A DNA stretch of 64,000 nucleotides from Candidatus Berkelbacteria bacterium (GTDB taxonomy: Bacteria > Patescibacteriota > UBA1384 > JACPKC01). Below are positions 10,290 to 18,481 of the stretch, one piece after another (positions within the stretch are counted from its first letter, which is position 1; each line of letters opens with the position of its first letter). The stretch covers positions 234,283 to 298,282 of the forward strand of contig JACPKC010000010.1 of the NCBI GenBank assembly GCA_016187225.1, in the 5' to 3' direction. The notes under the pieces were generated by a model. The model searched no databases. It had not been told where the DNA came from and was given only the letters and a program-made list of their open reading frames with translations. Both the position numbers and the translations under genes were made by a program.

Positions 10290-10902
10290 TGGCCTCGCTT
10301 AAACTCATGATTTTGACAATCGCGCCTCGGATGCCCGGGACGGCGCCTTTAATCACCAGGAGGTGTTCATCGGGTAAGATGTCAAGAATTTCAAGATGGT
10401 GAACAGTTGCTTGGCGACCGCCAAGACGCCCTGCCATTCGCTTACCTTTAATCGTTCTTTGCGGGTATGTTGAGCCAATTGAACCTGGTTCGCGAATATT
10501 CATCGAACCGTGGCTACGCGGACCCATGTGAAAATGATGACGTTTAACCGTACCAGCAAAGCCGCGGCCGCGTGAGGTTGAGGTCACGCTGACTCTATCG
10601 CCGAGCGTAAATTGTGTCACATTTAAACTCGAACCGACTTGAGGAAGTTCGCCTTCCATACGGAATTCCTTAAGAATCGCACCAGCTTGCGCACCGATTT
10701 TTTCAATTTGAGTTCGCTGGGGCTTTTTGGCGCGACTTGGATCGCCATAGCCAACCTGAAGAGCGCTATAGCCGTCGTTGGCCTTTGATCGAATTTGCAC
10801 GACTGAATTCGGCAAGGCTTCGATGACTGTGGCACCAACAATCTCGCCTGTATGAGTGGCGACGCGTGTCATCCCAACTTTTCGGCCGAGGATTACTTTC
10901 AT
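10279..10902 (-). CDS. rplC: 50S ribosomal protein L3
   Basis: Start ATG 10902 (MKVILGRKVGMT); GRGFAGTVKRH, KGAVPG. Confidence 0.98.
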   Translation of the reverse strand: MKVILGRKVGMTRVATHTGEIVGATVIEALPNSVVQIRSKANDGYSALQVGYGDPSRAKKPQRTQIEKIGAQAGAILKEFRMEGELPQVGSSLNVTQFTLGDRVSVTSTSRGRGFAGTVKRHHFHMGPRSHGSMNIREPGSIGSTYPQRTIKGKRMAGRLGGRQATVHHLEILDILPDEHLLVIKGAVPGIRGAIVKIMSLSEASDE

Positions 10903-10989
10903 AAACAAAATAAATGGCCGGGATCTACTCACATTTGTTTGGTGAACGATCTCCCGACTTTTTGAATCCACTTTTTATGAATTTCTTAA

Positions 10990-11018
10990 ATTTTACAGGT
11001 GGAACTGAAAACTGTCAA
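10990..11018 (-). promoter_or_regulatory. Sigma70 promoter of the rplC-spc operon
   Basis: TTGACA-17 bp-TAAAAT on minus strand, about 90 bp upstream of rplC. Confidence 0.8.
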
Positions 11019-11136
11019 CAAGGAGCTATCTTGTACAATGGACAGGTGACTGATATTGTTTAAAGTGTTTTACAATGCTGGAGATCAAAACTATCGCGTA
11101 TCGGTAAAATAAATATTCGAATGGGGGTGATACGCC

Positions 11137-11340
11137 TTGAAAATGACAACACTTGACTGGGTCGCAATGATTCTTGTGATTATCGGGGGTATTAACTGGG
11201 GTCTAGTTGGCCTCCTTGATTACAACCTCGTTGAAAGTCTATTTAGGGAAGGCACATTCCTCACTAAGATTATTTACGATCTCGTCGGTCTTTCAGCGAT
11301 TTACATGATTTTTGTTTCAATGAAGCAAAAAGAAGTTTAG
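11137..11340 (+). CDS. DUF378 family small membrane protein
   Basis: LVIIGGINWGLVGL...IIYDLVGLSAIY is the DUF378 pattern; GGGGGTGA RBS. Confidence 0.88.
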   Translation: MKMTTLDWVAMILVIIGGINWGLVGLLDYNLVESLFREGTFLTKIIYDLVGLSAIYMIFVSMKQKEV

Positions 11341-11360
11341 CTGATCATGATTCCTAAATT

Positions 11361-11391
11361 AACAAGCTCCTCATGGGATGAGGAGCTTGTT
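11361..11391. terminator. Bidirectional intrinsic terminator
   Basis: Perfect 14-bp hairpin AACAAGCTCCTCAT-GGG-ATGAGGAGCTTGTT between convergent genes. Confidence 0.8.
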
Positions 11392-11437
11392 GGTTATTTA
11401 TGATAACTTCTTCGGCAAATCTGAATATGAAAGGAGT

Positions 11438-12208
11438 CTAGTGTTTTTTTCTGTCAGCGGCCAATGCTTGACGTTTTGAATAGGATATTGCGTAGGCAAA
11501 CATGAATACAAATGAAACTAATGCGGCATAGAAACTAAACTGCGAATTAACAGTTTGCCCGATTTTGTCGGGATTCAGGTGCGGGACAGTGTGGAAGATT
11601 ATAAAGTAGGTGCCGAGCGTTAATACTCTCGCCTGAAGCCATCGCTCCCTGTCTATGAGTGCAACGACGAATGCCGCGGCGAGTACGGCAAAATGTTGTA
11701 TAGCGCTTTCCACGCCAAAATTAAGATATACAAACACCCAATTCCAAATCGTATAACCCGCTATCCACTGAAGGGTCATACCGCGCCACGACAAATCTTT
11801 GTGCTTTGTTTTTGAGTCTATGTGAATCGAACTTATTTTCTCGAGAGTCAAGACAAGCAAAACACCTGCCACCGCATTTAGATAGTTTGGGGCGCCGCCT
11901 GATATGACATCTCTGAAAACCGCTTCGAAAATATTAGTGGCCAGAAGGCCGTATATTACCCATTGACCAAACTTGTGTTTTCCAAGGCTAGTGTTTCTAT
12001 ATATGGAGAGAACGATGATGCCGACCTCGATCGAGAACACCTTCATCCATGGAAACCAATCTGACTCGCCCCAAAGCAGTAACCAACACGTATAGAGTAT
12101 AAACGGAACGGCCAACCAAAAATAAAGTGTAAATTTGGGGTACCGACGAAATAATTCCTGGGAAACTAGCAGTACTAAAAATACGCCCATGGCAACGATG
12201 AAATTCAT
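11438..12208 (-). CDS. DUF5692-like integral membrane protein
   Basis: Multi-TM; NIFEAV, NAVAG, WIAGYTIWNWVFVY, WLQAR resemble DUF5692. Confidence 0.7.
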   Translation of the reverse strand: MNFIVAMGVFLVLLVSQELFRRYPKFTLYFWLAVPFILYTCWLLLWGESDWFPWMKVFSIEVGIIVLSIYRNTSLGKHKFGQWVIYGLLATNIFEAVFRDVISGGAPNYLNAVAGVLLVLTLEKISSIHIDSKTKHKDLSWRGMTLQWIAGYTIWNWVFVYLNFGVESAIQHFAVLAAAFVVALIDRERWLQARVLTLGTYFIIFHTVPHLNPDKIGQTVNSQFSFYAALVSFVFMFAYAISYSKRQALAADRKKH

Positions 12209-12420
12209 GCTTAGATTATATCATGCATCAGCTCAAATTGTATAATCTGAAAGCCGTGTTTCTTAACCTCCTCCGACGACCAAAAAGTTAAGCTCTGGTT
12301 TTTAAAATGTGAATAGCAATAACCTAAACTTTTCTTATTCTTTTGTATCTTTGTCCTACGCCTCTAAGACTAAGATATTACCACCAAACGAGACTTGTTC
12401 GGAATTAAGAAAGCAGAGCG

Positions 12421-12442
12421 TTTTGCGGAAAACCCTGATTAA
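12421..12442 (+). repeat. Decayed copy of recombinase 3'-end/att arm (FAENPD*)
   Basis: TTTTGCGGAAAACCCTGATTAA matches 14745-14766 at 19/22; followed by a GC hairpin like the other copies. Confidence 0.55.
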
Positions 12443-12606
12443 TCGCCTCCGCTTCGTTTCGGGCATGTCGGACGCGGCGGAGGGTGAGCGCTTCAAAATA
12501 TGAATCAACGCAGATAAATGGCAGATTCTCTTGATCGAGTTTAGTTGAGCTTAAAGTTGCGAAATTGGCAAACCAGACGACTAAAATTCATTAGTCTTGC
12601 AAAAAT

Positions 12607-13182
12607 TTAGACCTTGAGCAGGCCACGGAACCCCCTGGCGGCATAATAGGATTCTGCGCCATTGTGATACGTAAAAACTGTCTCGTAGCGCCGGTCGCAA
12701 AAGAGGGCGCCGCCAAGCATACGAATGCTCACAGGCGTTTGCACCCAACTCGATGTCTTCGTATCAAAAATGCCCAGTTTCTGTAACTCGCGATATTGTT
12801 GCTCCGTTAAAAGTTCAATGCCAATGGCCGCGGCCAAATCTAGAGCGCTATTTTTTGGCTGATGTTTTTTTCTTGATCCCAACGCCTCGTGGTCGTAACA
12901 AACATTTCTGCGGCCGATCGGACTTTCGGCCGAGGAATCAACAAAAAAGTATTCATCTGTTTTCTTATCGAAACCAACAACATCCGGTTCGCCACCAGTT
13001 GCTTCCATTTCATTAAGCGACCATAACTTTTTAGGACTATTTGTCAACTTGGTTTGTATTGTTACCCACTCGAGACCTTGATGGCGGTTCATGTTTTTCT
13101 CAAAACGGACTTTCAATACTTGAAGCATTTTTTCGCGTTGTTCTAATGATAACTTATTTTCATTGCTTTTCGTGTTGCTCAT
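12607..13182 (-). CDS. DUF4256 family protein
   Basis: RFEKNMNRH, LWSLNEMEATGGEPDVV, YHNGAESYYAARGFRG. Confidence 0.9.
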   Translation of the reverse strand: MSNTKSNENKLSLEQREKMLQVLKVRFEKNMNRHQGLEWVTIQTKLTNSPKKLWSLNEMEATGGEPDVVGFDKKTDEYFFVDSSAESPIGRRNVCYDHEALGSRKKHQPKNSALDLAAAIGIELLTEQQYRELQKLGIFDTKTSSWVQTPVSIRMLGGALFCDRRYETVFTYHNGAESYYAARGFRGLLKV

Positions 13183-13364
13183 GTTTTGATACTACCTCAT
13201 AAGTTCACCTTAGAAGAGCAACGAAGGCGGAGTGTACCTTTGCTTTGAACTTTGCCATTATTGAGATCAGCGAAGTAACTGCGTCGCCAATAAGTCTTCT
13301 TAACACTTCCCCAATAATTACCCATAATTATTTTGCTTTCGGCTCAAGCAGAATAATTTAGAAA

Positions 13365-13610
13365 CTATTTTACTCTGAACTCAAAAACGTCAAAGGTAAA
13401 GTCAATACCCTGCGGCTTACTAAATTTATTGACAAACTCATATCCATTTTCCCCTGCAAGCTTAAATGGCAAATCGACATCAATGTCGGCAAAATTCGCC
13501 CAGCCAAAGTATATTCGTGCGTTAGGTTTGAGATATGCGCCAACTTCCCCAAAAAATTTGCGTTTCATTTCATCTTCGGGGTCCCAAAACATCCGGTCAA
13601 TGACGTTTTT
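13365..13610 (-). pseudogene. 5'-truncated class I SAM methyltransferase remnant
   Basis: Only the C-terminal part (NVIDRMFWDPEDEMKRKFF...YLKPNARIY); no GxGxG SAM motif; abuts HIT gene. Confidence 0.55.
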
Positions 13611-13634
13611 AAATACGTTTGATTTATTGACTAC

Positions 13635-14066
13635 TCATAAATTCTTCGCAATAAGTTTAGAGATTTCTTCCAACTCTGCTTCGGGCGATTCCTTTCTTTC
13701 GCCTGGTCGGTATAGGAACTTTCTTGGCTCATATTCATAAGTTCCAGCATCACCTTCTTTGCGCGGGATAATGTGTAAATGGAAATGCGGAACGGATTGA
13801 CCTGCAAGTTTTTCATCATTCCAAGCAAAATTGAAACCAGCGGCGTCAAATGTTTGAACAAGTGCACCTAATATTTTTACTCGCAGGTCTTCAATTGCCC
13901 GCATTTCCTCACCTGTCAGGTTTTCATATTTAGCGACATGTCTTTTAGGAACAATGAGCGTATGGCCTAGGACAATAGGCATTTTCCCCAAAAACGCAAA
14001 AGCTAAATCATTCTCAATAATTTTCCGCTTTTGTATATCTGAAGATGTGCAATACGGACAGCTCAT
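13635..14066 (-). CDS. HIT family nucleotide hydrolase
   Basis: CPYC, GHTLIVPKRH, AGQSVPHFHLHIIPR histidine triad. Confidence 0.93.
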   Translation of the reverse strand: MSCPYCTSSDIQKRKIIENDLAFAFLGKMPIVLGHTLIVPKRHVAKYENLTGEEMRAIEDLRVKILGALVQTFDAAGFNFAWNDEKLAGQSVPHFHLHIIPRKEGDAGTYEYEPRKFLYRPGERKESPEAELEEISKLIAKNL

Positions 14067-14213
14067 AAATTTTCCAGAGGATAAATATCAAAAGTAACTT
14101 CCTCGTACGAGTGAACGCTTTTCAAAACTCCTCCCAGCCACGTTGTTTGTCTATTTTTTGTTTTTCTTTATTAAGCCGAGTATTAAGGAGGGTCTGGTAG
14201 CAGTTAAAGAAAA

Positions 14214-14579
14214 TTATCTTCGCATCTTGCTACTGCCACTTATCTGCGAAAAAATTTGCTCAGGCGTTTGGTTTGCATTAATCATTCTTATATTTAGCTT
14301 TTTTGCTTTTTCTTCAATTTCCTTTGCCCAGTTTAAAGAATTTTGAAGTTGATAATTAGTTCTACCCATTGGGTTTTCTCGGCTCTCATGTCTTAATCGT
14401 TGGGCAAGAATTTCCGGTGATGTTTTAAGGAAGTAAACTTCGTCGAACAAGTCTATCATGTCGAAAACATTTCCTGACATTCCAAAAAGATAAATATCAT
14501 TTTGTTGCTCTGCAAGAAATTTTGATAAGAAATTTCTATCCATCAGAAATTCGTGGTTATCCAAAAATTCTTTATTCAC
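14214..14579 (-). pseudogene. 5'-truncated P-loop nucleotide/shikimate-kinase-like remnant
   Basis: FDEVYFLKTSPEILAQRLRHESRENPMG...INANQTPEQI is a kinase C-half; no Walker A. The ORF-track extension to 14762 is att sequence. Confidence 0.6.
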
Positions 14580-14640
14580 ATTTTGGCACTTTGTTATATT
14601 GCTGGATAATATTATACTAAAATACACTATGGTACTTCTT

Positions 14641-14766
14641 GATTTAGCCGCCGGATTTTTTCGCCGAAATGCCAGAGGCGCTGGCTCAGGCAATCTTTCT
14701 TCAAATCTGAAATGGTGGTGTTTGTTTAAAAAAGTCAGAACCCATTTTGCGGAGAACCCCAATTAA
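14641..14766 (+). repeat. Left att site: diverged recombinase 3' end plus native tail (KWWCLFKKVRTHFAENPN*)
   Basis: Core GAAATGGTGG 14709-14718 is directly repeated at 19975-19984; 14709-14759 is an inverted match to 18211-18261 at 49/51. Confidence 0.85.
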
Positions 14767-15009
14767 GGAAGCCAGCCCGCCGCCGCGAGCTGATGCTCGC
14801 CACCCAGCAAAAAAGTTTTCTCTGCATTTCTGATTTTGCGCGCGGAAGAATTTCTCTTAAATGGAAAAGAAAATTTTGTTTCTGGTGTTCTGCCCTCAAG
14901 GTCTCGGGCAGTTGGCGGGGCTAGATTTGGACTCGGAAAAGTGAAAACTATTTTTTGGGGATTAGGATTTCACTTTTCCGAGACTGATTTTTTGATTTGG
15001 GGATTTTGT

Positions 15010-15070
15010 CCGCCCGCAGGAGGGGTTTGGGGAGGAATGCGGGCGGGTTTTTCTTTTTGGTTTTGGGCTA
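15010..15070. repeat. 61-bp perfect inverted repeat, left copy (terminator-like)
   Basis: Exact reverse complement of 18076-18136; CGCCCGCA...TGCGGGCG stem followed by T-tract toward the cassette. Confidence 0.95.
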
Positions 15071-15940
15071 ATTAGAGACAATTTCATTAAGAATCAAAAC
15101 GGAAACATCGATATTAGTATCAGCACAATCAATGCTGTTTGTTAGATAAAGTTTTGAATATGATTTTTTAAGTCTTTGTGTTCCCGAATCAAGCAAGCCG
15201 TGCGTTACGAGTGCAATTACATCTTTCGCTCCAATCTTTTGACATAGCTCAGCAAACTTTACAGCAGTGCCACCAGTTTCAACCAAATCATCAATAACTC
15301 CAACTGTCTGGTTTTTTACGGTCTTAATAAAATTTTCGTCATGTACGATATCAATTTCAAAAGAATTTATTCTCTTTTTTGCAGTCCCTTGTAGCAACAT
15401 TCTTCTCTGAGAGCCTTGATCTGGAGCCAAAAAAATAGCAGAAGGATAGTCAATTAACGCGGCATCTTTTAACATTGGCGTAGCCGAAATGTTTTTTATT
15501 GGATATTTTCCAAACCATGGCTGTCCGAAAAAATGAGCGTCAAGGACATAGATTTGTTTTATGTGGTAATAATCAACCAATTTTATGATAAGATTTTCGG
15601 CGGCATTTGTTTCTCCTGAATACTTCGGATTATCCTGCATACCATATGGAAAGTAGGAAAAGAAAATTTCTATATTTTTATAACCAAGATTTGTTAGTAT
15701 ATTGAGAAGCATTTCAAGCTCGATAATTCCTGCATTTGGGTCTGGGGCTCCAGTATGAAGAATTACAATTCTTTTATTCAGTTCGATTTTCTGAAGTTTT
15801 ACATATACCTCACCATCAGGAAAAAATCGTTTTCCATCTTTATTTCCCTCAAGAAAAACAATCTCACAGTCTTTTGGTACTGACATAAGTCTGGCAAGAT
15901 GTTCCGCATGTAGCGTAGGAATAATTGTTACATTAGGCAT
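15068..15940 (-). CDS. prs: Ribose-phosphate pyrophosphokinase (Prs)-like protein
   Basis: FPDGEVYV, YFPYGMQD, APDQG, KKR, IDDLVETGGT PRPP-binding loop, THG. Confidence 0.85.
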   Translation of the reverse strand: MPNVTIIPTLHAEHLARLMSVPKDCEIVFLEGNKDGKRFFPDGEVYVKLQKIELNKRIVILHTGAPDPNAGIIELEMLLNILTNLGYKNIEIFFSYFPYGMQDNPKYSGETNAAENLIIKLVDYYHIKQIYVLDAHFFGQPWFGKYPIKNISATPMLKDAALIDYPSAIFLAPDQGSQRRMLLQGTAKKRINSFEIDIVHDENFIKTVKNQTVGVIDDLVETGGTAVKFAELCQKIGAKDVIALVTHGLLDSGTQRLKKSYSKLYLTNSIDCADTNIDVSVLILNEIVSN

Positions 15941-17366
15941 GATGTTTTATCAGGTCTTCAGAGTGTTTTTTTACTTTTTCTGAAATTATTACATCAACGG
16001 TGATATTTTCTTTTTCAAAATTTAGAACATCATCAGGTAATAATTCTATTTGTGCTTCAGCTCTTTCTTTTGCAGTTTTTGTTAAATCAATATCCGAGGT
16101 TTCCCATTCTCCAATAATATTTCCATTTGAAACAACCTGTTTCAGTAATGGTTCGCCGTCAATTTTCTCATCATACATTCCGATTACATCATGTTTAAGT
16201 AAACCTGTTTTTTTATCCAAAACTCTAAAAACCTGATGCGAACCTGGCAAAGTGGTCTTACCTTTATCAGCAGATATTTTTATTTTTGAAATGACTTCAT
16301 CCCCGTGCTTAATTCCTTTTAATTTGTAAACCATTCCTAAAGCAGGTTTTTCTCCTCCAGTAACAAGTTCAGTACCAACACCAATAAAATCTGGAGTAAC
16401 CTTATTTTTTGCTAGATCAAGTATTTTATATTCGTTCATATCTCCAGTAAGCATAATTTTTACATTAGGAAAACTCGCTTCAGAAAATATCTTTTTTACT
16501 TCTGGAATCAACTCTTTAACATTTCCGCTATCAATTCTTACCCCAAATAATTCATGACCATTTTGTCTCATTTCTTTTGCAACCTCAACAGCATTTTGCG
16601 CTCCTTTTATAACATTGTAGGTGTCAATTAAAAAAGTTACTTTGTTTTTATAGGAAACAAATTCATAAAAAGACTTAAATGCTTCTCTTTCATTTTCTCT
16701 TCTTTGTATATCAGCGTGCATTAAACTACTTCCGCTTACAGGAATACCAAATAGTTTTCCAGCAAGTGAATCTGAACTAATTGAAAATCCTGATATATAA
16801 GCCGCCCTAGCGCCATAATGGCCAGAATTTGTTTGCGAACGCCTAAGCCCCATTTCAAGCAGTGAGGCGTTATTACCCATTTGTTTTGCAGCCCAAACGG
16901 ATCTAATGGCTTTTGTTGCAATTAATGTTGGATAGCCAACTTGACTTAAAAAATAGGTTTCCAGTAGTTGTACAGCTACTGTTGGCCCCTCAATTCGCAT
17001 TATAGGTTCCTGGGGGAACATTATTGTTCCTTCTTCAACTGACCAAATATTTACATCCTTAAAAATATTACTTCCTTCTTTAACTAGATAATCAATAAAA
17101 TCTTTTGAAAATCCTTGGTTCAATAACCATTCAGAATCACTTTCATCTAATTTTGACTTTAAATAACGTAGGGCATACGGCATACCGACAGCGATAACAA
17201 AATTGTTACCTTTGTATGGAGGAATTCTAAAAAACATCTCATGTACTTCAATTTCTGAAAAGTTTTGAGCCCAATTTCTTTCGGAAGCACGAATATTATA
17301 TAAGTCCGTATTTAGAATCGACGGAATATCTTTTATTGATTGGCTCTCGTTATTATTTTTGTTCAT
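15933..17366 (-). CDS. pncB: Nicotinate phosphoribosyltransferase
   Basis: TDLY, EMGLRR, LIDTY, GVRIDSG, GVGT, ALGMVYKL, KTTLPG. Confidence 0.88.
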   Translation of the reverse strand: MNKNNNESQSIKDIPSILNTDLYNIRASERNWAQNFSEIEVHEMFFRIPPYKGNNFVIAVGMPYALRYLKSKLDESDSEWLLNQGFSKDFIDYLVKEGSNIFKDVNIWSVEEGTIMFPQEPIMRIEGPTVAVQLLETYFLSQVGYPTLIATKAIRSVWAAKQMGNNASLLEMGLRRSQTNSGHYGARAAYISGFSISSDSLAGKLFGIPVSGSSLMHADIQRRENEREAFKSFYEFVSYKNKVTFLIDTYNVIKGAQNAVEVAKEMRQNGHELFGVRIDSGNVKELIPEVKKIFSEASFPNVKIMLTGDMNEYKILDLAKNKVTPDFIGVGTELVTGGEKPALGMVYKLKGIKHGDEVISKIKISADKGKTTLPGSHQVFRVLDKKTGLLKHDVIGMYDEKIDGEPLLKQVVSNGNIIGEWETSDIDLTKTAKERAEAQIELLPDDVLNFEKENITVDVIISEKVKKHSEDLIKHHA

Positions 17367-18042
17367 TTTCTTGTTTTAGTTTTGCATATTTTAATAAAAT
17401 TGGTTCTATTTCTTTTTCACTTTCTATAAAATAAACATGGCCCCAAACATTTTGGTCGTATTTATTTTTTATTTGTTCCTCATATTCTTTTTTCCAATGT
17501 TCACCAACAAAAATAACAGGGTTCGGTAATTTTCCTACATGTTTATCAAATGAATCTATTTTATCCAAAGCAAAACGCATTTCAGTTTCTGTTCCAGTTC
17601 CTTTTTTACCCCCAGGAAGAACAATATATGCGCCACTTCTATTAAATAAACCTCTGAATTTTCCAGCTTGCTCGTCTTCGTAATATACTCCGCGCAAATG
17701 ACCAGGAATATTTTCAGTAGCAAACCCAGCTTCTTTTCCAACGGTTGTTTTTACAACAATAACTTTACCCTCATTTTCCACCACACCAGAGGAAACATTT
17801 TCAATTGAACCTTTATCTCCACCAACGATAACAGTTAGACCTAAATCTGCGAGTTCCTTGCCAAGCTCCTTCCATTTTTCAACCGCTTCAGGATTTTGTT
17901 TATCGAAGGTGCCAAATACAGAAATACGTTTTATTTTTTCCTTAATCAACAAAGCATTCTTATCGTTTCCAGTAGAAATTTTTTGAGGACTAACAATTTC
18001 CCCTGACTCTTGTTTATCACTAAAAAATTGCTCTTTTTCCAT
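17353..18042 (-). CDS. SLOG/LOG-family nucleotide-binding protein
   Basis: ISVFG, VGGDKGSI, LPGG(KK)GTGTETE variant of the LOG PGGxGTxxE motif, PVIFVG..W. Confidence 0.75.
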   Translation of the reverse strand: MEKEQFFSDKQESGEIVSPQKISTGNDKNALLIKEKIKRISVFGTFDKQNPEAVEKWKELGKELADLGLTVIVGGDKGSIENVSSGVVENEGKVIVVKTTVGKEAGFATENIPGHLRGVYYEDEQAGKFRGLFNRSGAYIVLPGGKKGTGTETEMRFALDKIDSFDKHVGKLPNPVIFVGEHWKKEYEEQIKNKYDQNVWGHVYFIESEKEIEPILLKYAKLKQENEQK

Positions 18043-18075
18043 ATGTATGATATTAGCATTTTTTTAATCTTCTAC

Positions 18076-18136
18076 TAGCCCAAAACCAAAAAGAAAAACC
18101 CGCCCGCATTCCTCCCCAAACCCCTCCTGCGGGCGG
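18076..18136. repeat. 61-bp perfect inverted repeat, right copy (terminator-like)
   Basis: TAGCCCAAAACCAAAAAGAAAAACCCGCCCGCATTCCTCCCCAAACCCCTCCTGCGGGCGG; 10-bp internal stem 18099-18108/18128-18137. Confidence 0.95.
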
Positions 18137-18200
18137 GACGAGAGCCGAGGCAGGGCGAATCCATATCCCCAGTCAAATGTTTCGCCCCGCCGAGTCCGCA

Positions 18201-18375
18201 TTAGTTTTCAGGGTTCTCCACAAAATGGGTTCTGACTTTTTCAAACAAACACCACCATTTCGAATTTGCCGAAGAAGTTGCCTCGGGGCTTCGCCCCTCG
18301 GCATTGGTTTCCGCCAAGAAATTCCAGGGGGTTTTGAATTCCGCCAAAAGAATTCCCGCCGAAATTCGGCGGTTC
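18201..18375 (-). repeat. Inverted complete attP-like copy of the recombinase 3' end (...NSKWWCLFEKVRTHFVENPEN*)
   Basis: 18252-18375 is the reverse complement of 19861-19984 (121/124, first 99 bp identical); 18211-18261 matches 14709-14759. Confidence 0.93.
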
Positions 18376-18481
18376 CCAAACGAAGTTTGGATTGCGCCAA
18401 AGGCGCAAGAGCCGATGAAGAGAGATTTTTAGAAATTGTCGGTGTAAGTGCATTGCCTTTATCAATTTAATTCCCGAAGCT

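Noticed and set aside
12381-12386. CCACCA as the far att boundary of the island
   Set aside because: Only 6 bp, wrong orientation for an attR, and expected by chance.
14836-15075. 79-aa plus-strand ORF (also 12309-12503)
   Set aside because: Runs through hairpins, the terminator-like repeat or the att remnant; no protein-like motifs.
15068-17366. Direct identification as phage NARP1 (Adps + Namat)
   Set aside because: The transferase has PncB-type motifs (TDLY, E.G.RR, DTY) rather than Nampt-type, and there are no phage genes; only an analogy is claimed.
15010-18136. IS or composite transposon defined by the 61-bp inverted repeats
   Set aside because: No transposase between or beside the repeats and no evident target-site duplication; kept as a cassette boundary instead.
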